64,000 nucleotides of DNA. Origin: Vampirovibrionaceae bacterium NZW_1234 (GTDB taxonomy: Bacteria > Cyanobacteriota > Vampirovibrionia > Vampirovibrionales > JAGQHJ01). Shown piece after piece: positions 29,198 through 38,270 of the stretch (the first letter of the stretch is position 1; every line of letters starts with the position of its first letter). The position numbers were made by a program, and so were the translations under genes. The notes under the pieces are model-generated. The model saw only the letters and a list, made by a program, of their open reading frames with translations. It made no database searches and was not told where the DNA came from. The stretch covers positions 32,001-96,000 of the forward strand of contig JBGUGD010000001.1 of assembly GCA_041697335.1 (NCBI GenBank), in the 5' to 3' direction.

Positions 29198-29734
29198 TTA
29201 GGAGCCCGTAGCGGGTTCAAACAAATTATCCAGACCCGTGATGAAAATTGTTTCACGATCACGGTCTACGGACGGAATAAACACCGTCTGGAACGGAATC
29301 AGAATGGGTTCACTCAAAGTCTCGTTTTGAATTTCCAGAAAATCGCCGGCTGCAGAACTCAATACTTCGGTAACCACGCCCAGGGATTTACCGGAATCAT
29401 GGCTTGTCACTTTCAGACCGACCAGGGAATCGGCATAAAATTCGTCTTCGTCCAGTTCAGGTAAGTCCGCTTCGATGGCTTTTAAGGTAAATCCTTTCAG
29501 TTTTTCTGCGTCATCCCGGGTTTCGACACCGGCAAATTTAAGAATGACTCGGCGCCCTTGCCAGCGGCCCGACTGGATGTTCATTTCTACAGGTCCGGAA
29601 GGTTTAAACATGTAAACCTGGGATAAATGGCCAAGCCAAGAGGCATCCTCGTCAAACGGCTTTATTTCCACGTCCCCTTTAAGGCCGTGAGCGTCTGTAA
29701 TGACAGCAATGGTGCGTAAGGTCTGCGCTTTCAT
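29198..29734 (-). CDS. rimM: Ribosome maturation factor RimM
   Basis: AHGLKGDV, LPELDEDEFY, LIPFQ; immediately upstream of trmD. Confidence 0.95.
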   Translation of the reverse strand: MKAQTLRTIAVITDAHGLKGDVEIKPFDEDASWLGHLSQVYMFKPSGPVEMNIQSGRWQGRRVILKFAGVETRDDAEKLKGFTLKAIEADLPELDEDEFYADSLVGLKVTSHDSGKSLGVVTEVLSSAAGDFLEIQNETLSEPILIPFQTVFIPSVDRDRETIFITGLDNLFEPATGS

Positions 29735-29796
29735 GCCGTCTATCTTGACACTATGGTGTCAGGTTTTCAAGCCTGGTTGCTGAAGGTCGATCGGTC

Positions 29797-30681
29797 CTAG
29801 GCGACAGCGGCCAATGAAGCGACAAGATCGGGATATTGGTTTGCCAGGAGACTTGAGAAAACGCTATCGTCAATTTGACTTGCTGCGGCGGCCAAGGCTT
29901 TGTCAGGCAGCTGGGAGAGAAACTGGACAAGCAGATTATCCGGCAACAGCTGAAATAATTCGATGAGACTTGGCTTTGGCATGGTATCGATGACCCGGAA
30001 CAGATTCTCCCGGGGCACCATCATTAACAGTTCCGGATCCCGCTTTACTTGGAACGTGATGAAGTCCAGCAAGTTGCGCTGATCCATGGACTTTAGACCT
30101 TCGACAATTTGTTCCTTCTTCAACTGTCGAAACATGGCCATCAGTTCTTTGTGCTTTAATTTGTCAACGTTTTGGCTGGTAATATTCCCCATGAGCCGCT
30201 GTAAGACATCCAGGGGCATGTTCTCGAAGCCTTTGACCAGGTCTCTTACCTCAAGGCGTTTTGAGCGCAGGATATTAAAAATAACTTCGGTAGGAAAAAG
30301 CTGCATTAAACGCTCAACGGGGATGACCCAGAGTAAAAGCTTCAGAATGACTTCCTTGGGCAGTTGTCTCAGGAATAAAATGAGTTTGGAGCGAGGGAAG
30401 AGATTTAATGCATTAACCAACTTGTCCTTTTCCAGAAGGTATAACAAGGCGGTAATGTCTCCTCGTCTCATGAGTCTGATAATGTAATATTTATTTTGGC
30501 TGATGTTGAGTTTTTTAATCATGCTGTCCAGGTCTTGGGGACGATAGCCGGTTTCCTGGAGATAGCGGTCTCCCCCATTGTTTTCCACGGTATCGGGCGT
30601 GAAAAACGTGTTCAACTGCATTTGATCCAGATAATAATACTGCGATGCCAAATCCGCCGGGTTCAGCGCGTCAATCTGCAC
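29797..30681 (-). CDS. Hypothetical all-helical repeat protein (MgtE-N/FliG-like)
   Basis: Recurrent ~12-aa units (LRQLPKEVILKL, IDTMPKPSLIEL, FQLLPDNLLVQF, LSQLPDKAL); GAGGAG RBS and GTG start. Confidence 0.55.
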   Translation of the reverse strand: MQIDALNPADLASQYYYLDQMQLNTFFTPDTVENNGGDRYLQETGYRPQDLDSMIKKLNISQNKYYIIRLMRRGDITALLYLLEKDKLVNALNLFPRSKLILFLRQLPKEVILKLLLWVIPVERLMQLFPTEVIFNILRSKRLEVRDLVKGFENMPLDVLQRLMGNITSQNVDKLKHKELMAMFRQLKKEQIVEGLKSMDQRNLLDFITFQVKRDPELLMMVPRENLFRVIDTMPKPSLIELFQLLPDNLLVQFLSQLPDKALAAAASQIDDSVFSSLLANQYPDLVASLAAVA

Positions 30682-30782
30682 GGCTCTCTCCTCGTACTTC
30701 TCTTCTATATTTTCGGGGGCAATGTGGAATAAGCCGTGTATCGGATCGATAACCTGCTCTATGGAGAGCGGTCAGGGTTATT

Positions 30783-30800
30783 GTTACATGTCGTTACAAA
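30783..30800 (+). promoter_or_regulatory. HLR1-like direct repeat (OmpR-family/RpaB-type site)
   Basis: GTTACATG-TC-GTTACAAA versus cyanobacterial (G/T)TTACA(T/A)(T/A)-N2-(G/T)TTACA(T/A)(T/A). Confidence 0.45.
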
Positions 30801-30860
30801 ATAAGTGAGATTTCTATTTTGTTGTTTGCACGAATTCAAAATTCATGTTATTTAAAATTC

Positions 30861-30932
30861 ATCAATTCCTCTAATTAATATCTTCTCTTACTTCTCTTCT
30901 CATGGACGACAGCTCGATCTGTCGTCTTTTTA
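30861..30932 (+). ncRNA. Candidate ~70-nt small RNA with CU-rich segment
   Basis: TTGCAC at 30826, AT-rich -10 region, CU tract 30881-30903, terminator GACGACAG/CTGTCGTC+T5 on + strand while both neighbours are on -. Confidence 0.5.
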
Positions 30933-30973
30933 TTTGGGTTGGTTTCAGAAACACGATTTTTTTTCCTGACGGG

Positions 30974-31585
30974 TTAAAAGTCCAGCTTCAGCCATTTGGG
31001 CTTCGTGTCATAGGGCATTGTGTTGTTGGCCGTTATGCATTGGCCATTATTGAGGCAAATTCGGGTGTTTGGTCGTAAACTGTTGGTGCCTCCTACTCTG
31101 ACAATGCCATCGGTGTACAAATACAGATTGACACCATCGTAGGGACCAATACCGACATGGGAGTTGGAAAGGCCGTCCGGGTCAAAGTAAATGAGGATGG
31201 CATTATTGGGCTTTGTACCCCCAAACCTGCTAGGGAGCGTATAACCCATGGCAGTTCCATTAGGAAGCTGAAGGCAGGCGAATTGAGGCATTGAGCAATT
31301 CAGCAGGTTTGCATTGCCTTCAATGAATTTAGCTTCGGTTGTTCTATGTGCGTTTAGCCCCTGACGCAATTGTTCCATGCCTGTACTCGTCTTCAAGGCG
31401 CCTTTATACACGGCCATCATGTCGGTTAAAGTGACCATGGCCTCCTTGGTAAAGCTGTTTCGTTGCTGATTTTTTTGGTTCGTCAAGACTTTGGGAATGG
31501 TAAAGCTTGCAATAACACCTAAGAGCAGAACACCAACCAGTAGTTCGGTTAGCGAGAACCCAGACTTTTTTTGTAGAACCAGCAT
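30974..31585 (-). CDS. Type IV pilin-like protein
   Basis: KKSG|FSLTELLVGVLLLGVIASFTIP prepilin cleavage/methylation motif; GGAGG RBS before ATG 31585. Confidence 0.88.
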   Translation of the reverse strand: MLVLQKKSGFSLTELLVGVLLLGVIASFTIPKVLTNQKNQQRNSFTKEAMVTLTDMMAVYKGALKTSTGMEQLRQGLNAHRTTEAKFIEGNANLLNCSMPQFACLQLPNGTAMGYTLPSRFGGTKPNNAILIYFDPDGLSNSHVGIGPYDGVNLYLYTDGIVRVGGTNSLRPNTRICLNNGQCITANNTMPYDTKPKWLKLDF

Positions 31586-31782
31586 CGGGTGGCCTCCAGC
31601 CATAGTAAAAAAGTTGTCCTGCCTGAAACAAATCGGGTATCGGTAAGGCAACTAAAAAATGAAGGGAGATGTTTATGAAATTTAAAATCAGGTCTATGCA
31701 ATCATGGTTGAACTGCTATAATCGGCGTAGACCTCGCACTTGTATTTTTGGAATTGATACCCTACGGATTTAAAGGAGTTAT

Positions 31783-32439
31783 TTGATGACCTGGCCTGTG
31801 GCCCCTCAATTTGCTGCGGCACCGCCGTCGGTTGCTCAGATTCTTCAATCTAGCCGTGGTCAGTTGTTTGTTTTGTCAGGCCCTTCCGGTTCCGGGAAGA
31901 CCACTCTGATTGATGAACTCTTTAAGCAACCCGATATGACTTCCCAATTTTCCCGAATTCCTTCCGTGAAGACACGCCTGCCCCGAAATGCCGAGGAACT
32001 CCATTCCTCTATAAACCGTTTTGTTTCCCATGACGAGTTTCGTCGTTTGATTGATACGGAGCAAATGTTGGAATGGGATGAGTACAACGGGCATTTGTAT
32101 GGCAAGGCCATGCGGGATGTTTTGCCCATTGTGTCTCAAGGGCATCATGGCGTTATGGAGCTGACCGCTAAAAAGGCCTTGGAATTAAAAGCACGTCTAG
32201 GGGATAAACTCAAAACGATCTTTATAGCACCGCCGAAACTGAGCTTAGAAGCGCTTCGGGTACGTTTGTTTTCTCGGGCGACGGAATCTGTGGACGCTAT
32301 TGAGCGGCGGCTGACAGAAGCGGCAGAAGAAATGAAATTAATGCCTCGATTTGACCATGTGATAGAAAGTGTGGAAGGGTTGGTTCAGTTGCCGCTGGCG
32401 CAATTGCGGGCCTATCTGGAAGAGCAAACAAAAAACTGA
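31783..32439 (+). CDS. Guanylate kinase-like protein (divergent)
   Basis: GQLFVLSGPSGSGKTT, TRLPR, LEWDEYNGHLYG, IFIAPP, IERRL. Confidence 0.8.
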   Translation: MMTWPVAPQFAAAPPSVAQILQSSRGQLFVLSGPSGSGKTTLIDELFKQPDMTSQFSRIPSVKTRLPRNAEELHSSINRFVSHDEFRRLIDTEQMLEWDEYNGHLYGKAMRDVLPIVSQGHHGVMELTAKKALELKARLGDKLKTIFIAPPKLSLEALRVRLFSRATESVDAIERRLTEAAEEMKLMPRFDHVIESVEGLVQLPLAQLRAYLEEQTKN

Positions 32440-32673
32440 TCCACCGCCCTTGACTTCGATTCATGATTTGCCATAAAGTGTATCCCGAGCGGTTGAAGTA
32501 TTCATTCCCAAGGGTAAGGGTATTACGTTAGGACATTTTGGTAGTTTGGTTAACCTGAAAAAACGATTTTCTTTGGGTTTTGTTACATTTTAACGCTTTG
32601 TTGCAATTTCGGTGCATCAGCTCTGTTTACTAAAGGAGTATGTTGCCCGCGCTTGAACTTAAGGAATGTGGTT

Positions 32674-33978
32674 ATGATGATTCGCTTTGGCAAAATTATT
32701 GATAATCCCGTGTTTGATAATCGTCCTGGCTTTCTTGGCCAGCTTGAGCCACGAGAGGCAGACTGGGATACTCGTACTGTTGGTGTTAAAGGCTCGAAAG
32801 ACTTTGCGACGGTAAAGCAAGCCAGAAATTCCCAGGTCGATGTTGAATTTCACAACGGCAAAAAGGCTCAAACGGCTATTGTGACGACACCCAATGCTCG
32901 ATATATTGTTTTGGAAGGTGGACGTCTGCAATTGCCTGACACCGTTGTGGAACTTCAGGGAGATACCTTTTCCGGTAAGATTGATCAGGTTAAAGTTCCG
33001 GCTCCACAAGAAATTCACCCTCAAACGGCTACGCCTCAGGCCTTTTTGTTGACGGCCGGTGTCGGCTCTCGCTTTGAGCCCGTTTCCGGGGATATTACGG
33101 ACTTGCCAAAGCCCGCTGTTCCCCTGATTGGTCGTGAATCCATTGCTCGAAATATTGTGAAACTCTTACAAGCGCATGGCATGAATGATGTGCTGGTTCA
33201 CACCTTTTATAAACGACTCCAGGTTCATAAATCCCTGGCCGGGATCCCCACGGTTCGTTTTATGGATGATCCGGAAGCCCCCGGAAGTGCCGGGGCCTTG
33301 TATAAAGCCTTGAAAGCCAATTTGATCGATACCACCAAACCCGTCGTCATCATTGCCGGTGACGCCGTGACCAATGGTGATCTGTCTCAGCTGGTCCGCA
33401 AACATGTTGAAACCGGGGCTGGGGTAACCATTGGTGTTCAGGAAGTGTCTGATGAAGATGTGCCTAACTTTGGCATTATTCAAACGGATAACCCGACGGG
33501 CAAGGATTCCGGTGAAATTCAGAGCTTTCTGGAAAAGCCGTCACTTCAGCAGGCCGGTAAAAATCGTCTGGGAAGCACTGGGATTTACGTCATCAGCCCT
33601 GAAGTTTATCCGACTATCATTGCCTGTGGGGATGTGATTTTTAATGATACCTCCAGACCCAAGAAAGATCGGATCTACGATTTCGGGATGCATTTTCTGC
33701 CTATGTGGTTGCAGCTCGGGAAGTTTAAAGCGAAACAACCCGGCAAGTCCCACATGTATGCCGAGGTGATGCCAGGTTATTGGAACGATGCCGGTAATCC
33801 GATTGATTATCTTCGCACAGTCAACGACATTGCTCGTGGCCTGATGGGGCGTTCCCTGGCAAGTCGTCTGAAACGGTTCTATGAAAATGGCGTCTTGTTC
33901 TGGGAAGGCACGAAGGCCAAAGCCAAGCTAGATGGAGCCAAGGTTTCCGGGAATGTTATCGTCACAAAAAAACCGTAG
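32674..33978 (+). CDS. NDP-sugar pyrophosphorylase (mannose-1-phosphate guanylyltransferase-like) with N-terminal extension
   Basis: AFLLTAGVGSRFEP, LPKPAVP, GSAGAL, IAGDA, FLEKPS, GYWNDAG; starts MMIRFG after AAGGA RBS. Confidence 0.85.
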   Translation: MMIRFGKIIDNPVFDNRPGFLGQLEPREADWDTRTVGVKGSKDFATVKQARNSQVDVEFHNGKKAQTAIVTTPNARYIVLEGGRLQLPDTVVELQGDTFSGKIDQVKVPAPQEIHPQTATPQAFLLTAGVGSRFEPVSGDITDLPKPAVPLIGRESIARNIVKLLQAHGMNDVLVHTFYKRLQVHKSLAGIPTVRFMDDPEAPGSAGALYKALKANLIDTTKPVVIIAGDAVTNGDLSQLVRKHVETGAGVTIGVQEVSDEDVPNFGIIQTDNPTGKDSGEIQSFLEKPSLQQAGKNRLGSTGIYVISPEVYPTIIACGDVIFNDTSRPKKDRIYDFGMHFLPMWLQLGKFKAKQPGKSHMYAEVMPGYWNDAGNPIDYLRTVNDIARGLMGRSLASRLKRFYENGVLFWEGTKAKAKLDGAKVSGNVIVTKKP

Positions 33979-34045
33979 TACTTTACGTCCCTGAGTGTCT
34001 CACCTGCCCACACAATCCTATTGTCCATGCTTCATTCGTGGGCTG

Positions 34046-34858
34046 CTAGAAAATCGCGGCATGGTCATTCAGGTAGTGTTCCAGGAGTTTGATAAAAATA
34101 GGCAGAGTGGCCAGAAACACCCCGAGGCCGATACAGGGTTTTAAAGCAAAGCTTAGCTGGAAGACCTGGATTTGTTGTGCCGTTCTATTCACGATCCCGA
34201 GCATCAAATCTACGGTGATGGTGACAATCAGGACAGGGGCAATTAATTGTGCTCCGATGGCAAGGGAGTTGCCGCCCAGTTGAATGAGATAATCAATGCT
34301 GATTTGACTGGCAAAATCCGGGGTCATGCCTTGGATGGGGAAGACTTCAAACGTCCGGTTCAACGCATTGATAAGCCAATAAAATCCGCCCAGATGCAGA
34401 AAAACCATTAAGCCGATGTAGCCGGTGAGTTTTTCTGTTAGTGCCACTTGTTGCCGGGAACTGGGGTCAAACATCATGGCGGAGGACAAGCCTATCTGGT
34501 TGTTCATCAGCGAACCTGCCGAGTTGATACACTCCATAATCATGGAACCGATAAACCCGATGAGCAGACCTACCGTGATGTTGGCAAAAATCTGAATCAA
34601 GTAAGGGAAGAGATCCAGCATGGTTACAGCCCGATTGTGAATGGGATCGCCTGGAAGGTGCCATGCCAGAACAAAGCTCATCAGAAAAGCAATGCCAAGT
34701 TTGATGTTGAAGGGGATATCTTTTCGTCCCAGGATTGGAGCCACCATCACAAAGCCCAACATTCGGCAGAAGACGAGAAAGGTGGTATCCACAATAGCGC
34801 CAAACTGGTGATGAAGAAGGGCTATTTGGCTGATGAGGCCTCCAAACTCCGCTTGCAT
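34046..34858 (-). CDS. fliR: Type III export gate subunit FliR/SctT
   Basis: LVFCRMLGFVMVAPILG, QIGLSSAMMFDP, DLMLGIVNRTAQQIQVFQLSFALK. Confidence 0.93.
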   Translation of the reverse strand: MQAEFGGLISQIALLHHQFGAIVDTTFLVFCRMLGFVMVAPILGRKDIPFNIKLGIAFLMSFVLAWHLPGDPIHNRAVTMLDLFPYLIQIFANITVGLLIGFIGSMIMECINSAGSLMNNQIGLSSAMMFDPSSRQQVALTEKLTGYIGLMVFLHLGGFYWLINALNRTFEVFPIQGMTPDFASQISIDYLIQLGGNSLAIGAQLIAPVLIVTITVDLMLGIVNRTAQQIQVFQLSFALKPCIGLGVFLATLPIFIKLLEHYLNDHAAIF

Positions 34859-34864
34859 TCCGTT

Positions 34865-35404
34865 TTATTCCTTCTTGAATTCGGGGGGCTTGGGTAATGT
34901 GCCTGTCGCTCGACGCTTCATGTAAATTTGCTCGCCAACACCCGGCTTGGGAGCCACTCGCGTGCTGTTGACGTTTAGCGTGGAATTATTTTCCGTGAGT
35001 TCGTTGACTTTGGACGATTGCTTCATCATGGCCTGGATTTTGTTTTCACCAGGGACGTGTTTCGGCTCCCGGAAAAAGTCGTCTTTGGCTTTGGCGCCGT
35101 AAGCAATTCGGGGTTTGGGGGGGAGAATCATCAGGGAATCTTTTGGAATGACTTCCAGGCCCAGGTGAAAGGACTCTAAAATAAAATCTCGCATTGCGTC
35201 CATCATGAAAGGACCACCTAAAACAATCAGCATAAACACGCAGACAATCTTGGGTGCAGCCGAGATGGTTTGTTCCTGAACCTGGGTAACCGCCTGAAGA
35301 ATCCCGATGATTAAACCGATACCGGCGGCCAGTAATACGGCGGGCATGGACAAGAGCAGCATAAGCCCGATACCGTGGCTGACATGTTGCATTAATATGT
35401 CCAT
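34865..35404 (-). CDS. fliQ: Type III export gate subunit FliQ/SctS with long C-terminal extension
   Basis: LSMPAVLLAAGIGLIIGILQAVTQVQEQTISAAPKI; 179 aa. Confidence 0.9.
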   Translation of the reverse strand: MDILMQHVSHGIGLMLLLSMPAVLLAAGIGLIIGILQAVTQVQEQTISAAPKIVCVFMLIVLGGPFMMDAMRDFILESFHLGLEVIPKDSLMILPPKPRIAYGAKAKDDFFREPKHVPGENKIQAMMKQSSKVNELTENNSTLNVNSTRVAPKPGVGEQIYMKRRATGTLPKPPEFKKE

Positions 35405-35430
35405 GAACAGTACCTCCTTGGGCGTGCCGG

Positions 35431-36072
35431 TTAATTGTAACTGTTGACGAGGCCGTTAATAATGAGTCCCCATCCGTCCACGGCAATAAAGATGAGGATC
35501 TTGAACGGCAATGAAATAATGGTTGGTGAGAGCATCATCATCCCCAAGGCCAGAAGTACGTTTGCCACCACCAAATCCAGGACAATGAAGGGGATGAAAA
35601 TGAGAAATCCGATTTCGAAGGAGGTGCGCAACTCGCTGACCATGAAGGCGGGGGCTACTTCCCAGAAGCTGAGTTCTTCTACACTTTTTGGAGGTGATTT
35701 ATGGGCGAGTTCCACAAAGTAGGCGACGTCTTGTTGGCGGGTCTGGCGCATCATAAATTCCTGAAGCGGTTGGGCGGCTTCTGTAATGATGGCCACGACA
35801 GATTGTTTTTGCTTGATGGGCACCTCGGCTCGTTCGTACATTTCACCAAACACGGGCCCCATAGTATAGATGGTCATAATCAGAGAAATCCCAACTAAGA
35901 CCACGCCGGGAGGCACCTGTTGTGTCCCCAGCGCGGTTTTGAGAATGGACAAGACAATGACATAACGGGTAAAACTGGTGAGACTGACCAAAATAAAAGG
36001 CAGTAAGCTCAAGGCACCCATCAGGATAATGAGTTGAAGTGCGGGATCCATTTTGCCGAATAACTGTTCCAT
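35431..36072 (-). CDS. fliP: Type III export gate subunit FliP/SctR
   Basis: LTSFTRYVIVLSILKTALGTQQVPP, PAFMVSEL, LGMMMLSPTIISLPFKILIF..DGW. Confidence 0.95.
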   Translation of the reverse strand: MEQLFGKMDPALQLIILMGALSLLPFILVSLTSFTRYVIVLSILKTALGTQQVPPGVVLVGISLIMTIYTMGPVFGEMYERAEVPIKQKQSVVAIITEAAQPLQEFMMRQTRQQDVAYFVELAHKSPPKSVEELSFWEVAPAFMVSELRTSFEIGFLIFIPFIVLDLVVANVLLALGMMMLSPTIISLPFKILIFIAVDGWGLIINGLVNSYN

Positions 36073-36077
36073 TGCGG

Positions 36078-36536
36078 CTATTTCCCTCCGAGTTTAAAGC
36101 GATCGGCCAAAATTAATTTGAGGCTGTAGTGGAACCGTTCCTTGAACCCGGCATTGGGGCTCAGCGGTGATGGACTACTGGAATAGTTTGATCCGGTAGT
36201 CAAGCCTGCAACAGTTCCCTCGTCGACTTGTTCGGCCAGAGCCGTTTCGCAAAGGGTCGTGTCAGGTTCTGATTCAAGTGTGGTCAGGTATTCGATTTTG
36301 TCCATGGTTGTTGAGACCAGGACACGCTGGGAACCATAGCGGATGACATATAAATTTTTACGCGGCTCCAAGGCCAATGCCGACTCGACCTGGAGTCCTG
36401 TCCCTGATGGGTTTGATGGCGTGGATGGACCGGTGGGCAGGAGGGATGGATTTTTCTTGAGATAGGCATAGATCAACAGTAAAAAGCCGATGACGCTTAA
36501 GGTTGCCAGGATAAAGTTGGTGAGATAATGGGCCAT
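36078..36536 (-). CDS. fliO: FliO-like protein
   Basis: N-terminal TM, then LQVESALALEPRKNLYVIRYGSQRVLV; directly upstream of fliP. Confidence 0.75.
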   Translation of the reverse strand: MAHYLTNFILATLSVIGFLLLIYAYLKKNPSLLPTGPSTPSNPSGTGLQVESALALEPRKNLYVIRYGSQRVLVSTTMDKIEYLTTLESEPDTTLCETALAEQVDEGTVAGLTTGSNYSSSPSPLSPNAGFKERFHYSLKLILADRFKLGGK

Positions 36537-37792
36537 TAGGTCCAGTCCTCTTCGTCGTCCATATCGTCAAAATCGGATTCTTCCAGGTTTAAGTCCATCA
36601 AGTCGTTGGCTGGGGGCATCTCTTCCTGCTGATGCATTTCTTCGGGGGCTTGAGATACATGGGGCTCCGTCGGCTGTGAGGCATAGGCCGATTTTTGACT
36701 TCGGTTACCCCGAGGTGGTGAGTCATCGACGCCTAAGATTCGGACACCGAATTTGTCACCAACGACCAGGAGTTCCCCCCAGGCAACCGGATGGCCTTCC
36801 ACTTCAATATGAATTCGGTTTTCCATCAGATCACCCACTTCCACCACCAGACCCTGCTCCATGTCTCTGAGGTGACGAAGCGGGAGTTTGACCGGCTCAA
36901 AGGTGGCGGTGACTTCCACTTCCAGGGTGTCCCAAATGTTTTGTTTGATTTCTGCGTCGTTCGCCATAGCGTCGTATCCTTGTTGTTGTAAATGTTCTGG
37001 GGCATGAAACCGTGGTGGAATGGAGATGTTGACGGGAATGGTTCCCTGGGTGATTGAATCGAGCAGATGCCAGCGGCTGGCATGGCTGTTTTCCAGTAAC
37101 ACCACATCGCCCTCTTCCAGGTTTTGGGCTTCTTCCAATTCCACACGGGTTGAGCCGATGCGAAAGCGGGCTTCCACATCAGCGTGATGAAATCGTTCTT
37201 CCGGCAGATTCCAGACCGGCGGCTGCGGGAGGTCTGGAAATTCGGTTTTAAGGCATGATTGAGGAGCTGTGAGGACAATTTGATTAATCTGTTCCGGCTC
37301 GCTGCTATCAAGTATCCAGACCAGGTGGACCAGTGGGTCATGTTCGGGGAGAGGTGCATGTTTATCGGCTTGTTTCAGAAACATCGGATAGAGGATGTGA
37401 AACAATTTCCTGCTGAAGCGCTCCAAAAGGAACACTTCAAAGTTGCGGATATGGTCCAGAGAAAATTCTTTGTCCTCAGCGGGTTTCCCTAGGGCAGATT
37501 CGAACAGGTGTTGGCAAAGCCCTTCTGATATCCGGAGTTGGGTCCAGCGAATACCGTCTTTGTCGAGGCCTTTTTGAGCGACATAAAAATCTTGCATATG
37601 CCAGTAATAATGAGGCTCTTTGGCCACACTGAACAGGCGGGTCCGAATCTGAAGATTCCAGAATTCATGGAGCAATTGCTCAATGGCTGCCTGAACATGT
37701 GTTCCCGGATACAGCAACTGATGTGGTGAAACATCCCGGATTTCCACCGGGGCTTCAGAATGTTGAACAGGGGGGACTGTAAGACCTTCCAT
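36536..37792 (-). CDS. FliM/FliN (SctQ-like) C-ring protein with two SPOA-like domains
   Basis: RIGSTRVELEEAQNLEEGDVVLL and VKLPLRHLRDMEQGLVVEV...VAWGELLVVGDKFGVRI; start placed at ATG 37792 after GGAG. Confidence 0.8.
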   Translation of the reverse strand: MEGLTVPPVQHSEAPVEIRDVSPHQLLYPGTHVQAAIEQLLHEFWNLQIRTRLFSVAKEPHYYWHMQDFYVAQKGLDKDGIRWTQLRISEGLCQHLFESALGKPAEDKEFSLDHIRNFEVFLLERFSRKLFHILYPMFLKQADKHAPLPEHDPLVHLVWILDSSEPEQINQIVLTAPQSCLKTEFPDLPQPPVWNLPEERFHHADVEARFRIGSTRVELEEAQNLEEGDVVLLENSHASRWHLLDSITQGTIPVNISIPPRFHAPEHLQQQGYDAMANDAEIKQNIWDTLEVEVTATFEPVKLPLRHLRDMEQGLVVEVGDLMENRIHIEVEGHPVAWGELLVVGDKFGVRILGVDDSPPRGNRSQKSAYASQPTEPHVSQAPEEMHQQEEMPPANDLMDLNLEESDFDDMDDEEDWT

Positions 37793-38270
37793 CAACGCAC
37801 CATACTTCTCTCCATCCCCTACCTTATCGGTTTGTAGACGCCTCCACATCATCCGGCTGAAGGAAGCCATAGGGCAGGAGGAGGATGGAGGTAGGGTGGA
37901 TCTTGTGTTGAATGAGTGTCGGAATGAGCCAGCGAAAAGTGTTTTTGCCATCAATTATGTTCCCAGGCCAATAGGCTTTCTTAAGCGTAATGGGTTTTCT
38001 GGGATTGCCAAGAATCCTATGTCTGAAGGAGAGCCTTTGGAAAAGTGCCATCACGAAAAAGAGCGGCACTTCTATTGTTTGTTTATGTAAATAAAAGTAA
38101 CAAAATTCGCTATAGGCTCTCTTTGACTAGCACGTTTTTGAGCCTTCCGGTTTTTATTAAGGAAACCTTATATTTATCTTAATTATATCTATCATTGGCA
38201 ACTGCCATAGCAAGCCGATGCTGCTTGTTCAGGAAGAGAAGAGAGAAAGAAAAGTAGGAAGAGAAGGGCA

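Noticed and set aside
34046..36072. EFG and LFG near the starts of FliR and FliP as RFG leaders
   Set aside because: No Arg/Gln before Phe and no low-complexity leader; may be chance
38195..38211. Sigma-54-like TGGCA...TAGC upstream of 38271
   Set aside because: GG-to-GC spacing is 11 nt rather than the required 10
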